In this document: positions 1-8,193 of the stretch, in pieces
How positions within the stretch are numbered: the first letter of the stretch is position 1
Layout: each line of letters begins with the position of its first letter
Assembly: GCA_963663165.1 (NCBI GenBank)
Contig: OY760175.1
Location: forward strand, 2,080,001 to 2,144,000
DNA: 64,000 bases
Source: an uncultured Desulfospira sp.
Lineage (GTDB): Bacteria > Desulfobacterota > Desulfobacteria > Desulfobacterales > Desulfobacteraceae
Reading direction: 5' to 3'
Notes under the pieces: generated by a model
Seen by the model: only the letters and a program-made list of their open reading frames with translations
Told to the model about the DNA's origin: nothing
Database searches by the model: none
Translations under genes and position numbers: made by a program

Positions 1-40
1 CAAATTTCAGGCCTTTTCTTAAATCACTGGCTAGATACAT
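1..40 (-). CDS. efp: Elongation factor P, 5' end only (runs off the window)
   Basis: Minus strand AGGAG RBS then ATG at 40 reading MYLASDLRKGLKF, matching the conserved EF-P N-terminus (SDLRKGLK). Not in the ORF track. Confidence 0.75.
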   Translation of the reverse strand, partial: MYLASDLRKGLKF

Positions 41-234
41 TCTGGCTCCTAAACTTTTTTTGCCGGCCGTTTTGGCAAAACATCCTATAACGACTGGCAT
101 TTATGGTTGGTTTGGCCCGGCTGGGCACAAGGGGTTCAATATTGACCCGTATAAAAGCATAATCGGGCTTTCTTGGCAAGGATCTTCAAAAAGCGCTTGC
201 ATTTTTATCCCAATTATAGGAAAAAATATGATTC

Positions 235-328
235 ACTAACGGCCACGGGCCGCCTTGGTTATCCAACCAAGAACCGCCCACAACAAATAATGAAAGTCTT
301 CTCAAAATGTTAGTGAGACTTTCATATA
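235..328. repeat. Family A two-hairpin repeat, copy 1
   Basis: ACTAACGGCCACGGGC...CTTTCATATA; near-identical reverse complement at 31572-31665, partial copy at 38777-38833, diverged copy at 57241-57332. Confidence 0.9.
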
Positions 329-375
329 AAACCGCACCATATTTGCCAAACATCAAAAAAGTGGAAAAAACCGGC

Positions 376-1905
376 ATGATCATAGTTATTGATTTTGGAT
401 CACAATTTAATCAGCTTATCGCCAGGAGAGTCAGGGAACATAAGGTTTACTGCCAGGTGGAACCCGCCCAGATCTCCATTGAAAAAATAAAATCCCTTAA
501 CCCGGAAGGGATCATTTTATCAGGCGGGCCGTCCAGCATCTATGAAGACAACAGCCCGACCATAGATAAGGCCCTGTTCGACTTAGGGGTCCCGGTACTC
601 GGCATCTGCTACGGGATGCATTACATGGTCCATGTTCTGGGCGGAAAGATTGAACGGGCCCGGAAAAGGGAATACGGGTTTGCCAACCTTGACATCAAGG
701 GGTCCTGCCCGTTGTTCAAAGATATGGAAAACAGCTTTCAGTGCTGGATGAGCCATGGCGACTCAGCCATTGAACTGCCCCCGGGGTTTGAGGTGACGGC
801 GTCCACGGAGAATACCGCCATTGCCGGCATTGCCGACCATAAACGAAAATTTTTCGGGCTTCAGCTTCATCCGGAAGTGGAGCATTCCGTTAACGGCTCG
901 CTGATGATCCGCCACTTTCTGTTTGACGTCTGCGGCTGTGAAGAAAGCTGGACCATGAAGTCCTTTGTGGATGGTGCAGTGGCCCAGATCAAAGACGCCG
1001 TCGGAGACGACAAGGTGATCATGGGCCTTTCCGGCGGCGTAGATTCCTCGGTGGCCGCCACCCTGATTCACAAGGCCATCGGCAAAAACCTTTACTGCAT
1101 CTTTGTGGACAACGGACTGCTCAGGAAAAACGAAAAAGAGCAGCTCCAACAGAGCCTGACATCCCACCTTGATTTAAACATCAAATTCGTGGATGCCGGA
1201 CAGCGCTTCTTAACGGCCTTAGAGGGCGTGACCGATCCGGAGATCAAGCGCAAAACCATCGGCAACCTGTTTATTGAGGTGTTTGACGAGGAGGCCGGAA
1301 AAATTGAAGGGGCGCGGTTTTTGGGACAGGGCACCCTTTACCCGGATATTATTGAGTCCAAATCCGCCTTTGGGGGCCCCACCTCCATTATCAAATCCCA
1401 CCACAACGTGGGCGGGCTGCCCGAAAAAATGAAGCTCAAACTCATTGAACCCCTGCAACTGCTGTTTAAAGACGAGGTCAGAAAACTTGGCCTGGAACTG
1501 GGCATCAGCGAAGACCTGGTCTGGCGGCAGCCCTTCCCCGGCCCCGGCCTTGCCATCAGGATCATGGGAGAGATTACCAAAGAACGGCTGGATATCTTAA
1601 GAACCGCCGACGGGATCCTTCTTGAAGAAATCAAGGCCGCCGGGCTGTACCGGAAACTGTGGCAGTCCTTTGCCGTCCTGCTGCCCGTCAAAAGCGTGGG
1701 GGTCATGGGGGACAAACGGACCTTTGCCAACTGCGTGGCCATCCGGGCTGTCACCAGCACCGACGCCATGACCGCAGACTGGGCCAAACTGCCTCACGAC
1801 CTTTTGGGGAAAATATCCAACCGGATCATCAACGAAGCCGAACAGATCAACCGGGTGGTGTTTGACATCACATCCAAACCCCCCGGAACCATTGAATGGG
1901 AGTAA
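376..1905 (+). CDS. guaA: GMP synthase (glutamine-hydrolysing)
   Basis: DFGSQ, GICYG, SHGD, HPEV glutaminase motifs; SGGVDSS PP-loop; C-terminal KPPGTIEWE. ATG 376 preferred over the ORF-track start 307, which lies inside a repeat. Confidence 0.97.
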   Translation: MIIVIDFGSQFNQLIARRVREHKVYCQVEPAQISIEKIKSLNPEGIILSGGPSSIYEDNSPTIDKALFDLGVPVLGICYGMHYMVHVLGGKIERARKREYGFANLDIKGSCPLFKDMENSFQCWMSHGDSAIELPPGFEVTASTENTAIAGIADHKRKFFGLQLHPEVEHSVNGSLMIRHFLFDVCGCEESWTMKSFVDGAVAQIKDAVGDDKVIMGLSGGVDSSVAATLIHKAIGKNLYCIFVDNGLLRKNEKEQLQQSLTSHLDLNIKFVDAGQRFLTALEGVTDPEIKRKTIGNLFIEVFDEEAGKIEGARFLGQGTLYPDIIESKSAFGGPTSIIKSHHNVGGLPEKMKLKLIEPLQLLFKDEVRKLGLELGISEDLVWRQPFPGPGLAIRIMGEITKERLDILRTADGILLEEIKAAGLYRKLWQSFAVLLPVKSVGVMGDKRTFANCVAIRAVTSTDAMTADWAKLPHDLLGKISNRIINEAEQINRVVFDITSKPPGTIEWE

Positions 1906-1913
1906 AACGTCCC

Positions 1914-2933
1914 ATGAGCCTGAAAGATTATAAAAGCGACGATCTGGACCTGCCCGAAGACCCGGGCGGTATCCCTTCCTCAGGATACCAGCAGGAAATC
2001 AATACCCTGAAAATTGAGAAATTATCCAACCGGGTTACCATCATCTCCGTTATTATTCCCGTTCTGATTACGGCTATCCTGGCCTTTGCCTATATGGATA
2101 TGAAAGAGCGGGTCATTGATGTGGATGAGACCAAAAAACACCAGATGGACCAGGTGGCCAAACAGCTGGAAGAAAAGGTCAATGCCCTGGATGTAAGGAT
2201 CGCCAAAAACCGGTTTGATTTTGACCAGAAAGTCCCGGAACTGGCCCAAAAGGGACAGGCCCTTGAAAACCAGGTGGCCAAAATGGAATCTGAAAAGGCC
2301 GGCGACAAAGAATTCAAAAAATTTATGCAGGAAACCGTAACAGCGGTCAAGGATCAAAAAGCCCTGCTGGACAAACTGGGAAAACGGATCCAAAACAACG
2401 CCGATCAGAACAAATCCGCCCTGGAAACCGTGGAACGGATCAATGCGGCCCTCCAAAAAACCATTAAGGAAAATGACACCCATTTCCAGACCGCGGCCAA
2501 AAAGATTCAGGAAGACATCAACCTGTTCAAAGAGGAGTTTGACGCAAGACTCCTGGAACTTGCCGATTATGATCAGGAAATCGCCAAACTGAAAAAAACC
2601 ACCGGCCTTCTGGAAACCCAGATCAAAGAACTGGACAGCCAGAAAATTTCAACCAAGGACGCCCAGACCCGCATGGCCGCGCTTAAGGCCTCCCTTGAAC
2701 AGCTGGTCAAAGAACGGACCAAACCCCAGGCGGCCGCCGTACAATCAAAGCCTTCTATGGCAAAGCCTTCTGAGACAAAGCCTTCGACAGGAACGGTTCA
2801 GGCCAAACCTTCGTCAACGCCCCCAAAACCTGCCCAGACGGTAAAGCAACCCCCTCAGACCATTGAGCCTGCCCTGAGCATTGATACGGACCCGTCAGCC
2901 AAGGGCATATCAGAAGAAACCCTGACTCAGTAA
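1914..2933 (+). CDS. Membrane-anchored coiled-coil hypothetical protein with Pro/Ser/Lys-rich tail
   Basis: One hydrophobic segment (VTIISVIIPVLITAILAFAY), long heptad-rich region, low-complexity C-terminus; ATG 8 nt after the guaA stop. Confidence 0.75.
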   Translation: MSLKDYKSDDLDLPEDPGGIPSSGYQQEINTLKIEKLSNRVTIISVIIPVLITAILAFAYMDMKERVIDVDETKKHQMDQVAKQLEEKVNALDVRIAKNRFDFDQKVPELAQKGQALENQVAKMESEKAGDKEFKKFMQETVTAVKDQKALLDKLGKRIQNNADQNKSALETVERINAALQKTIKENDTHFQTAAKKIQEDINLFKEEFDARLLELADYDQEIAKLKKTTGLLETQIKELDSQKISTKDAQTRMAALKASLEQLVKERTKPQAAAVQSKPSMAKPSETKPSTGTVQAKPSSTPPKPAQTVKQPPQTIEPALSIDTDPSAKGISEETLTQ

Positions 2934-4168
2934 CGGATCACCAGCCGGTCACCGGGGTGGATGACCTTTTTTTTGCCGAAGTGATTGAGCTTGAGCAAGG
3001 CGGAAAGGGACATGCCATATTTCCTGGCAATCCCGCCAAGGCTTTCCCCGGGTCTGACCACATGGATCCGGGATGTCTGCCGGGTGCTTTGTTTGGTCTC
3101 CCCGGCCTGGCATAATTTGGCAAATTCTTCCTTAAATCCCTTATCCGCCCCCTTGGGCACCAGAAGCTGGGTTTTGCCCGGCCCCAGGATGTACCCGCGG
3201 ATCTCAGGGTTCATATCCTTGATGGTTTTAAAGGACACCCCTGCGGCCTTGGCAATGTTAAGGATGGGAACATCCTTGCTGGTATTGACCTCTATTTCGG
3301 AAAAGGTCAGCGGCGGGTAAAGATCGGATTCAATATAATCAAACCCATAGGCGGCCGGATTGTCCAGGATCAGCTTAACCGCCACGGCCCGAAATACATA
3401 CCGCTGGGTTTCCCGGTAAAGGTAAAGGGAAAAATAATCCCGGGTATCCTGGGAATCGATTTCCCCCTGCAGTCCGCTTTCTCCCATGTTGTAGGCGGAC
3501 ATGGCCAGAAGATAGGAGCCGAACTGGGCATACAGTTTTTTAAGGTACTGACAGGCGGCCCGGGTGGATTTGAACAGGTTGCGCCGCTCGTCAACCCGGG
3601 AGTTGATGGTCAGGCCGTATCTTCTGCCCGTGCTTTTCATGAACTGCCACAACCCCACCGCGCCGGCCGATGACTGGGCATGGGGCCGCAAAGAGCTTTC
3701 AATTACCGTGATATATTTCAAATCCATGGGAAGTCCTTCCTGGGCCAGGATGGCTTCAACATGGGGAAAATACCGGCCACTGCGCTTAATCCAGAGGATG
3801 ACCTGGGCGCGGTCCCAGAGCATCAGGAGCATCTCCATTTCCAGCCGCTGTCTCACCTCTATGTCTTCAATGGGAATCCTTGTCCCGCAAAAGGTGATGG
3901 GGCCTTTAAACCGGATGCTCTCCATTAAGGAGGGGATCTTTTCCCGGCCCAGGGACATTTCTTCAGGTCCCGGGGAGCCCTGCTTTTCAGGGCTTGGGGA
4001 TATCTTTTCAGGCACTTTATGGGACGTCTTTTCCGGTACCGGATGGGATATGGTTCCGGAACTTACGGCCACGGGTTCGGTTTTTTCACAAAATCCCGGG
4101 GAAAGCATAAAACAGAAAACAAACAGTACAGCCCATCCGATCTTCAGGATGACAGGTGGTTGGCGCAT
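2927..4168 (-). CDS. Lytic murein transglycosylase (SLT domain + LysM), MltD-like
   Basis: IESS catalytic Glu, GAVGLWQFM, AYNMG motifs, C-terminal LysM (HVVRPGESLGGIARKYG). Start ATG 4168 (MRQPPVILK plus hydrophobic segment); the ORF-track extension to 4636 crosses promoter and repeat DNA. Confidence 0.9.
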   Translation of the reverse strand: MRQPPVILKIGWAVLFVFCFMLSPGFCEKTEPVAVSSGTISHPVPEKTSHKVPEKISPSPEKQGSPGPEEMSLGREKIPSLMESIRFKGPITFCGTRIPIEDIEVRQRLEMEMLLMLWDRAQVILWIKRSGRYFPHVEAILAQEGLPMDLKYITVIESSLRPHAQSSAGAVGLWQFMKSTGRRYGLTINSRVDERRNLFKSTRAACQYLKKLYAQFGSYLLAMSAYNMGESGLQGEIDSQDTRDYFSLYLYRETQRYVFRAVAVKLILDNPAAYGFDYIESDLYPPLTFSEIEVNTSKDVPILNIAKAAGVSFKTIKDMNPEIRGYILGPGKTQLLVPKGADKGFKEEFAKLCQAGETKQSTRQTSRIHVVRPGESLGGIARKYGMSLSALLKLNHFGKKKVIHPGDRLVIRY

Positions 4169-4198
4169 ATCGTCATTATCCTTATTGATTTTTTTAAA

Positions 4199-4310
4199 TT
4201 GAGAAAAAGCAAGCCATTCAACCGGAAACCGGCACATGACTGGTATCATGACAAAAATAAGACTTAAAGTCAATTTACCCATATCCGGGGCACGGGGTGA
4301 TCGCATGTAA
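4199..4310 (-). promoter_or_regulatory. Sigma70-type promoter region of the transglycosylase gene; copy 1 of a ~113 bp direct repeat
   Basis: Minus strand TTGACT (4273-4268) - 17 nt - CATGAT (4250-4245) with TG extension; the same block recurs at 5950-6063. Confidence 0.7.
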
Positions 4311-4420
4311 CTTGCATACTGGTGATGCCGATTTCGATGATAAGGATAATAATAAAAAGGAAACCGGAAGGAAGGGAGACGGGAGACCGAAACCGTCAAG
4401 TTCCCTGGTTTGAGCGGTAG

Positions 4421-4473
4421 GGTTGGAGCGGGCCATGCCCGCGATCGAATCGCGGGAATGGCCCGCTCCAACC
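4421..4473. repeat. REP-doublet (REPIN)-like palindrome
   Basis: GGTTGGAGCGGGCCATGCCCGCGAT-CGA-ATCGCGGGAATGGCCCGCTCCAACC: 25 bp arms with one mismatch, each arm itself palindromic. Confidence 0.75.
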
Positions 4474-4499
4474 TTGCATTGACCAAAAATGTAACGATC

Positions 4500-4647
4500 G
4501 TAATTCCGGGCGTAATTCCGTAATTCTCAAATTCTGTAATTCCGCCTAATTCCGGGGACACGATACAAAAATATTGGCAAGCGTATTTTAATTTTGTCTC
4601 GTGTCCACGGAATCCGCATGTGTTCCCAAAATCCACACCCGGAATCC
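4500..4647. repeat. Degenerate (G)TAATTCC tandem repeats around an AATTCCGGGGACACGA / TCGTGTCCACGGAAT inverted repeat
   Basis: Six AATTC(C/T) units at 4501-4553; inverted arms 4548-4563 and 4599-4613; GGAATCC/AAATCC units to 4647. Confidence 0.75.
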
Positions 4648-4663
4648 ACTGCTGAACAGTTAC
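4647..4663. repeat. Solo end of the family C MITE
   Basis: CACTGCTGAACAGTTAC is the exact reverse complement of 34862-34878. Confidence 0.75.
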
Positions 4664-4992
4664 TCTTTTTTTTGCATTCCAATCAGGTGCTGGGCGCGAA
4701 CCCTTCGGGTCGCCTGCACCAAATCACTCATTCGGCCCTGGCTGGACTTGGCTTGAACATGCTTGGTGATATCGTCAATGGTTTTCTGAATATCATCCGA
4801 TTCCATCCCGTACAAGGCAATGTATCTGGCCTGGCCATCCTCAGGATTGATGTTCTCGTAGCGGTCGACGCGGACAACGGCCGGCAGTTCAAGCATGTCG
4901 GGCAGGTGAATGTTATTGTACCACTCGTTAAACTCCGCCTCGCGATCAGGATCAATACAATTGCTTTCAACAATTAACAGCCATTTTTTCAT
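4660..4992 (-). CDS. Small EthD/DUF4286-like protein
   Basis: REAEFNEWYNNIHLPDML and RYIALY patterns typical of EthD-like alpha/beta proteins; GGAGG RBS; ATGA overlap with the upstream transporter stop. Confidence 0.7.
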   Translation of the reverse strand: MKKWLLIVESNCIDPDREAEFNEWYNNIHLPDMLELPAVVRVDRYENINPEDGQARYIALYGMESDDIQKTIDDITKHVQAKSSQGRMSDLVQATRRVRAQHLIGMQKKE

Positions 4993-5888
4993 GTTTTTAC
5001 CTCCATGGTCTTTGATCGGCCCGTGGCCGTTAGTACCAGTATATTGCCGATCAGGGTGATCAATACCCCTGTCACGGCCGTCAAGGACCAGTGATAGCCC
5101 TCAAACAGCGTAGACAAGGACAACGCAATGACCGGAAAGAGTACGGTGGCATAGGCCGCTTTTTCTGCGTCAATGCGCCCTAACAGTGCAAAGTAGGCGG
5201 CAAAGGCGACAAGAGAACCAATAATGGCCAGATACGCTAAAGAAAGCACATAGGGCAGCCTTGCATCAAACACAAAATGCTTGCCGCTGGCAAAAAGAAA
5301 TAAAGTGAGCAGAACGGTGCCATAAAACATGGCCCAGGCGGTGTTGCCGGTAACGGCAAGGCCGGCCTTCCGGTTGCGGGCGGAAACAATACTGCCCATT
5401 GAAAAACAAAGGGTACCGCCCAAACTGAGAATCAATCCCTGGCCGGCCCCGGACCCAAGCGAGACACCGGACAGTTCCGGCGAAAACACAATACAGATTC
5501 CGCAAATGCCCAGGCAGGCGCCCGATACGACGCTGCCGGCCGGTCTGCGGCGAAGAATGAGCCCATTGAACAACAGGGTCATGGCCGAAGCCGTTGAAAA
5601 GATCACGGCGATCAATCCCGTGGTCAGGAATGCCGCGGCATGGTAGAAAAGAAAAAAATTGGTTGAAAAAATCAATGCCCCCTGAAGCGCCATCCACAGA
5701 TGCTGCCGGAAGGTAAACCGCAATGGCCGGCGCCTGAGCACGGCCCATGTAAACATGCAGATGGCTGCGACACCAATCCGATAGGCAACGGAAGCCTCCG
5801 GCGGGACATCGCCCACCTGAAATCTAACCGCCAGCCAGGTAGACCCCCAGATGAACACTACCAGTGTATACAAAGACATTGTAACCAT
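4989..5888 (-). CDS. EamA/DMT family transporter
   Basis: About 10 TM segments, IWGSTW motif, two EamA repeats. Confidence 0.9.
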   Translation of the reverse strand: MVTMSLYTLVVFIWGSTWLAVRFQVGDVPPEASVAYRIGVAAICMFTWAVLRRRPLRFTFRQHLWMALQGALIFSTNFFLFYHAAAFLTTGLIAVIFSTASAMTLLFNGLILRRRPAGSVVSGACLGICGICIVFSPELSGVSLGSGAGQGLILSLGGTLCFSMGSIVSARNRKAGLAVTGNTAWAMFYGTVLLTLFLFASGKHFVFDARLPYVLSLAYLAIIGSLVAFAAYFALLGRIDAEKAAYATVLFPVIALSLSTLFEGYHWSLTAVTGVLITLIGNILVLTATGRSKTMEVKT

Positions 5889-5949
5889 GGGCTGCCCTCC
5901 AGATTATGGCGGCTCCCATGCGCCAATCAGGCATTGAATACTGAAACCA

Positions 5950-6063
5950 TTGAGAAAAAACAATAAATTCAACGGGGAACCGGCATCCGGCTGGTATCAT
6001 GACAAAAATAAGGATCAATGTCAATTTGCCCTGCGGGGCAGTCCCACGGGCCATTGCATGTAA
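5950..6063 (-). promoter_or_regulatory. Sigma70-type promoter region of the EamA gene; copy 2 of the ~113 bp direct repeat
   Basis: Minus strand TTGACA (6024-6019) - 17 nt - CATGAT (6001-5996); shares CTGGTATCATGACAAAAATAAG exactly with 4240-4261. Confidence 0.7.
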
Positions 6064-6189
6064 AAAAGCAATCCATTTCGGAATGGGGAATTAGGTTTGG
6101 CTTACACCAACCGACACAGAGGGCCGGACCTTGAAAACCTGTGTCCATGGCAATCGTCCAGAACTATTTTTTACATGAGACTGCCATGG

Positions 6190-6238
6190 TCTCTTGTCTC
6201 TTGTCTCTTGTCTCTTGTTTCTTGTTTCTTGTTTCTTG
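6190..6238 (+). repeat. Heptamer tandem repeat (TCTCTTG)4(TTTCTTG)3
   Basis: Read directly; bracketed by the TGCCATGGT direct repeat at 6182-6190 and 6237-6245. Confidence 0.95.
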
Positions 6239-6288
6239 CCATGGTATACGGAAAGCTGTTTTACAACCCTTCAGGCAACCTTATTTTT

Positions 6289-7080
6289 ATGGTGACATCA
6301 TTGGAACAGTTTTTACAAGACCTTCTTAAAGAGGCCGGGCAGATCTGCCTTTCAGAGCAGGAGAATTTAACGGCCGGGGACCTTGAGTTTAAAAATCAAA
6401 AAGATATTGTAACGGCCACGGACAAAAAAGTGGAAAATCTGGTCATTTCCAGGATCAAGGCCAGGTTTCCCGGCCATGATATCTTAGGAGAAGAAACCGG
6501 AAGGCATTGCAGCCCGGACAATCCGGACCGGTACCTGTGGGTCATTGACCCCATTGACGGCACCACCTCTTTTTATCACAACCAGCCCTTTTATTCGGTG
6601 AGTATTGCCCTTCAAAAACAGGGGCAGACCTTTCTGGGCGGGGTGTTTGCACCGGCCCTGGGCCAGATGTTTACCGCCCAAAAGGGGCATGGCGCCTTTT
6701 TAAACGGGCACCCCATCACCGTGTCCAGCCGGAGCACCCTTATAGAATCGGTAATGGCCACGGGTTTTGCCTGCCTGAGGGCCGGGCTTGAACCCAATAA
6801 CCTGGTCCATTTTAACCGGATTGTGCCACAGCTGCGGGACATCCGGCGGTATGGGTCGGCAGCCCTTGATCTGTGCTATACGGCCGCAGGAAAGCTGGAC
6901 GGGTTCTGGGAAATGGAACTTAACCTGTATGATATTGCGGCCGGCGCCCTGATTGCCGGGGAAGCCGGGGCGTCTGTAACGGATTTTAACGGCGGCACCG
7001 GGTTTCCTGAACAGGGGATTGTTGCTGCTAATCCGGTCCTGTCCCGATTATTGATTGACCTGCTGAACCCAAACTATTAA
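6289..7080 (+). CDS. suhB: Inositol monophosphatase family protein (SuhB-like)
   Basis: GEE, WVIDPIDGTT, RRYGSAALDL, YDIAAG motifs; start placed at ATG 6289. Confidence 0.88.
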   Translation: MVTSLEQFLQDLLKEAGQICLSEQENLTAGDLEFKNQKDIVTATDKKVENLVISRIKARFPGHDILGEETGRHCSPDNPDRYLWVIDPIDGTTSFYHNQPFYSVSIALQKQGQTFLGGVFAPALGQMFTAQKGHGAFLNGHPITVSSRSTLIESVMATGFACLRAGLEPNNLVHFNRIVPQLRDIRRYGSAALDLCYTAAGKLDGFWEMELNLYDIAAGALIAGEAGASVTDFNGGTGFPEQGIVAANPVLSRLLIDLLNPNY

Positions 7081-7090
7081 TCTGTATTTT

Positions 7091-7339
7091 ATGAAATACG
7101 TGTTTGCCATTATTTTTATTCTCAGCCTGGCCGCAGGGTATGGCGTGGCCTGCATCAAGGCCCTGTCCCTGACCGGGACCGTTATCAGCCTTGCCATTGC
7201 CGGGTTTGCAGGCTCCAGCATAATCGCCTTTATATTTGTGTTTCTCTATTTTTTTGAACAGGAAACCGACAAGGAAAAAATTGAACGGCTCCAGGACGAA
7301 ATCAACCAGCTAAAAGACATCAAAAGGCTTGAGCCATGA
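7091..7339 (+). CDS. Small membrane hypothetical protein
   Basis: Two hydrophobic segments plus short coiled coil; ATGA overlap with ylqF. Confidence 0.65.
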   Translation: MKYVFAIIFILSLAAGYGVACIKALSLTGTVISLAIAGFAGSSIIAFIFVFLYFFEQETDKEKIERLQDEINQLKDIKRLEP

Positions 7340-8193
7340 ATATTCAATGGTTTCCTGGCCATATGCTGGAAACAAAAAAAATCCTAAATGACTCCGTGTC
7401 CAAGGTGGATGCGGTTTTAGAGATACTGGATGCCCGGCTGCCAAGGGCCAGTGAAAATCCTTTTGTGGAAAAGCTGTGCCGGAACAAGGCATGGCTCAAA
7501 GTGCTGAATAAAAATGATCTGGCAGACCCATTGGTGACACAACAGTGGCTTTCATACTTTAATACCGGAGACCAGAACCGGGCCGTTGCCGTCACCGGTA
7601 CCAACCCCAAAGAAGCGGCCAAAGCCCTGAACGCCTGTGTGGCTTCCATTAACCGGAACCGGGCCAGAAAAATAAAGGTCATGGTCATGGGCATTCCCAA
7701 CACGGGCAAATCCAGCATTCTCAATGCCCTGGCCGGCAAAAAAATTGCCAAAACCGGAAACGTACCCGCCGTGACCCGCCACACCCAGCGGACCAGCCTG
7801 AAAAACAACGTGGACATTTATGATACCCCGGGGCTTTTGTGGCCCCTGATTGAACCCAAAGAACGAGCATTGGCTTTAGCCGCCAGCGGTGCCATTGCCG
7901 ATACGGCATTAGATTACAATGATGTCGCATTTTTTGCCGCCGATTTTCTCATATCCACCTATCCCCATCTCCTGCTTGCCCGGTACCCCTTTTTAGACCA
8001 GGTGCCCAGCCAGGCGGCCCAGCTTATGGAAAGCATCGGGGCGGCAAGGGGCTGCCTGAAAAGGGGGGGGGTGGTAAATATGCAAAAGGCATCCCAAATA
8101 CTGATACAGGATCTTCGATCCGGAAAATTAGGAAGAATCAGCTTTGAAACCCCTGACCTTGAACCCAATGGAATGGAAAATGACACCCCTTAA
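7336..8193 (+). CDS. ylqF: Ribosome biogenesis GTPase RbgA/YlqF
   Basis: IQWFPGHM N-terminus, DAR, NKND, GIPNTGKSS, DTPG (circularly permuted GTPase). Confidence 0.95.
   Translation: MNIQWFPGHMLETKKILNDSVSKVDAVLEILDARLPRASENPFVEKLCRNKAWLKVLNKNDLADPLVTQQWLSYFNTGDQNRAVAVTGTNPKEAAKALNACVASINRNRARKIKVMVMGIPNTGKSSILNALAGKKIAKTGNVPAVTRHTQRTSLKNNVDIYDTPGLLWPLIEPKERALALAASGAIADTALDYNDVAFFAADFLISTYPHLLLARYPFLDQVPSQAAQLMESIGAARGCLKRGGVVNMQKASQILIQDLRSGKLGRISFETPDLEPNGMENDTP

Noticed and set aside
234..315. CACTAAC ... GTTAGTG inverted cores suggesting an integron attC site
   Set aside because: The interior does not fold as one attC hairpin, the inner core is missing in copy 4, copies are dispersed rather than flanking cassettes, and no integrase is present.
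235..328. Purine riboswitch upstream of guaA
   Set aside because: No purine aptamer consensus; the structure is a dispersed repeat found in both orientations next to unrelated genes.
186..383. ORFs 186-383 (-) and 31535-31717 (+) share the peptide LYESLTN..RLSLFVVGGSWLDNQ.GPWPLV
   Set aside because: The similarity is confined to the family A repeat; flanks are unrelated and the diverged copy does not conserve the peptide.
4169..4636. N-terminal 156 aa extension of the transglycosylase ORF
   Set aside because: Runs through promoter, REP-like and stutter repeats; the signal-like segment and RBS fit ATG 4168.
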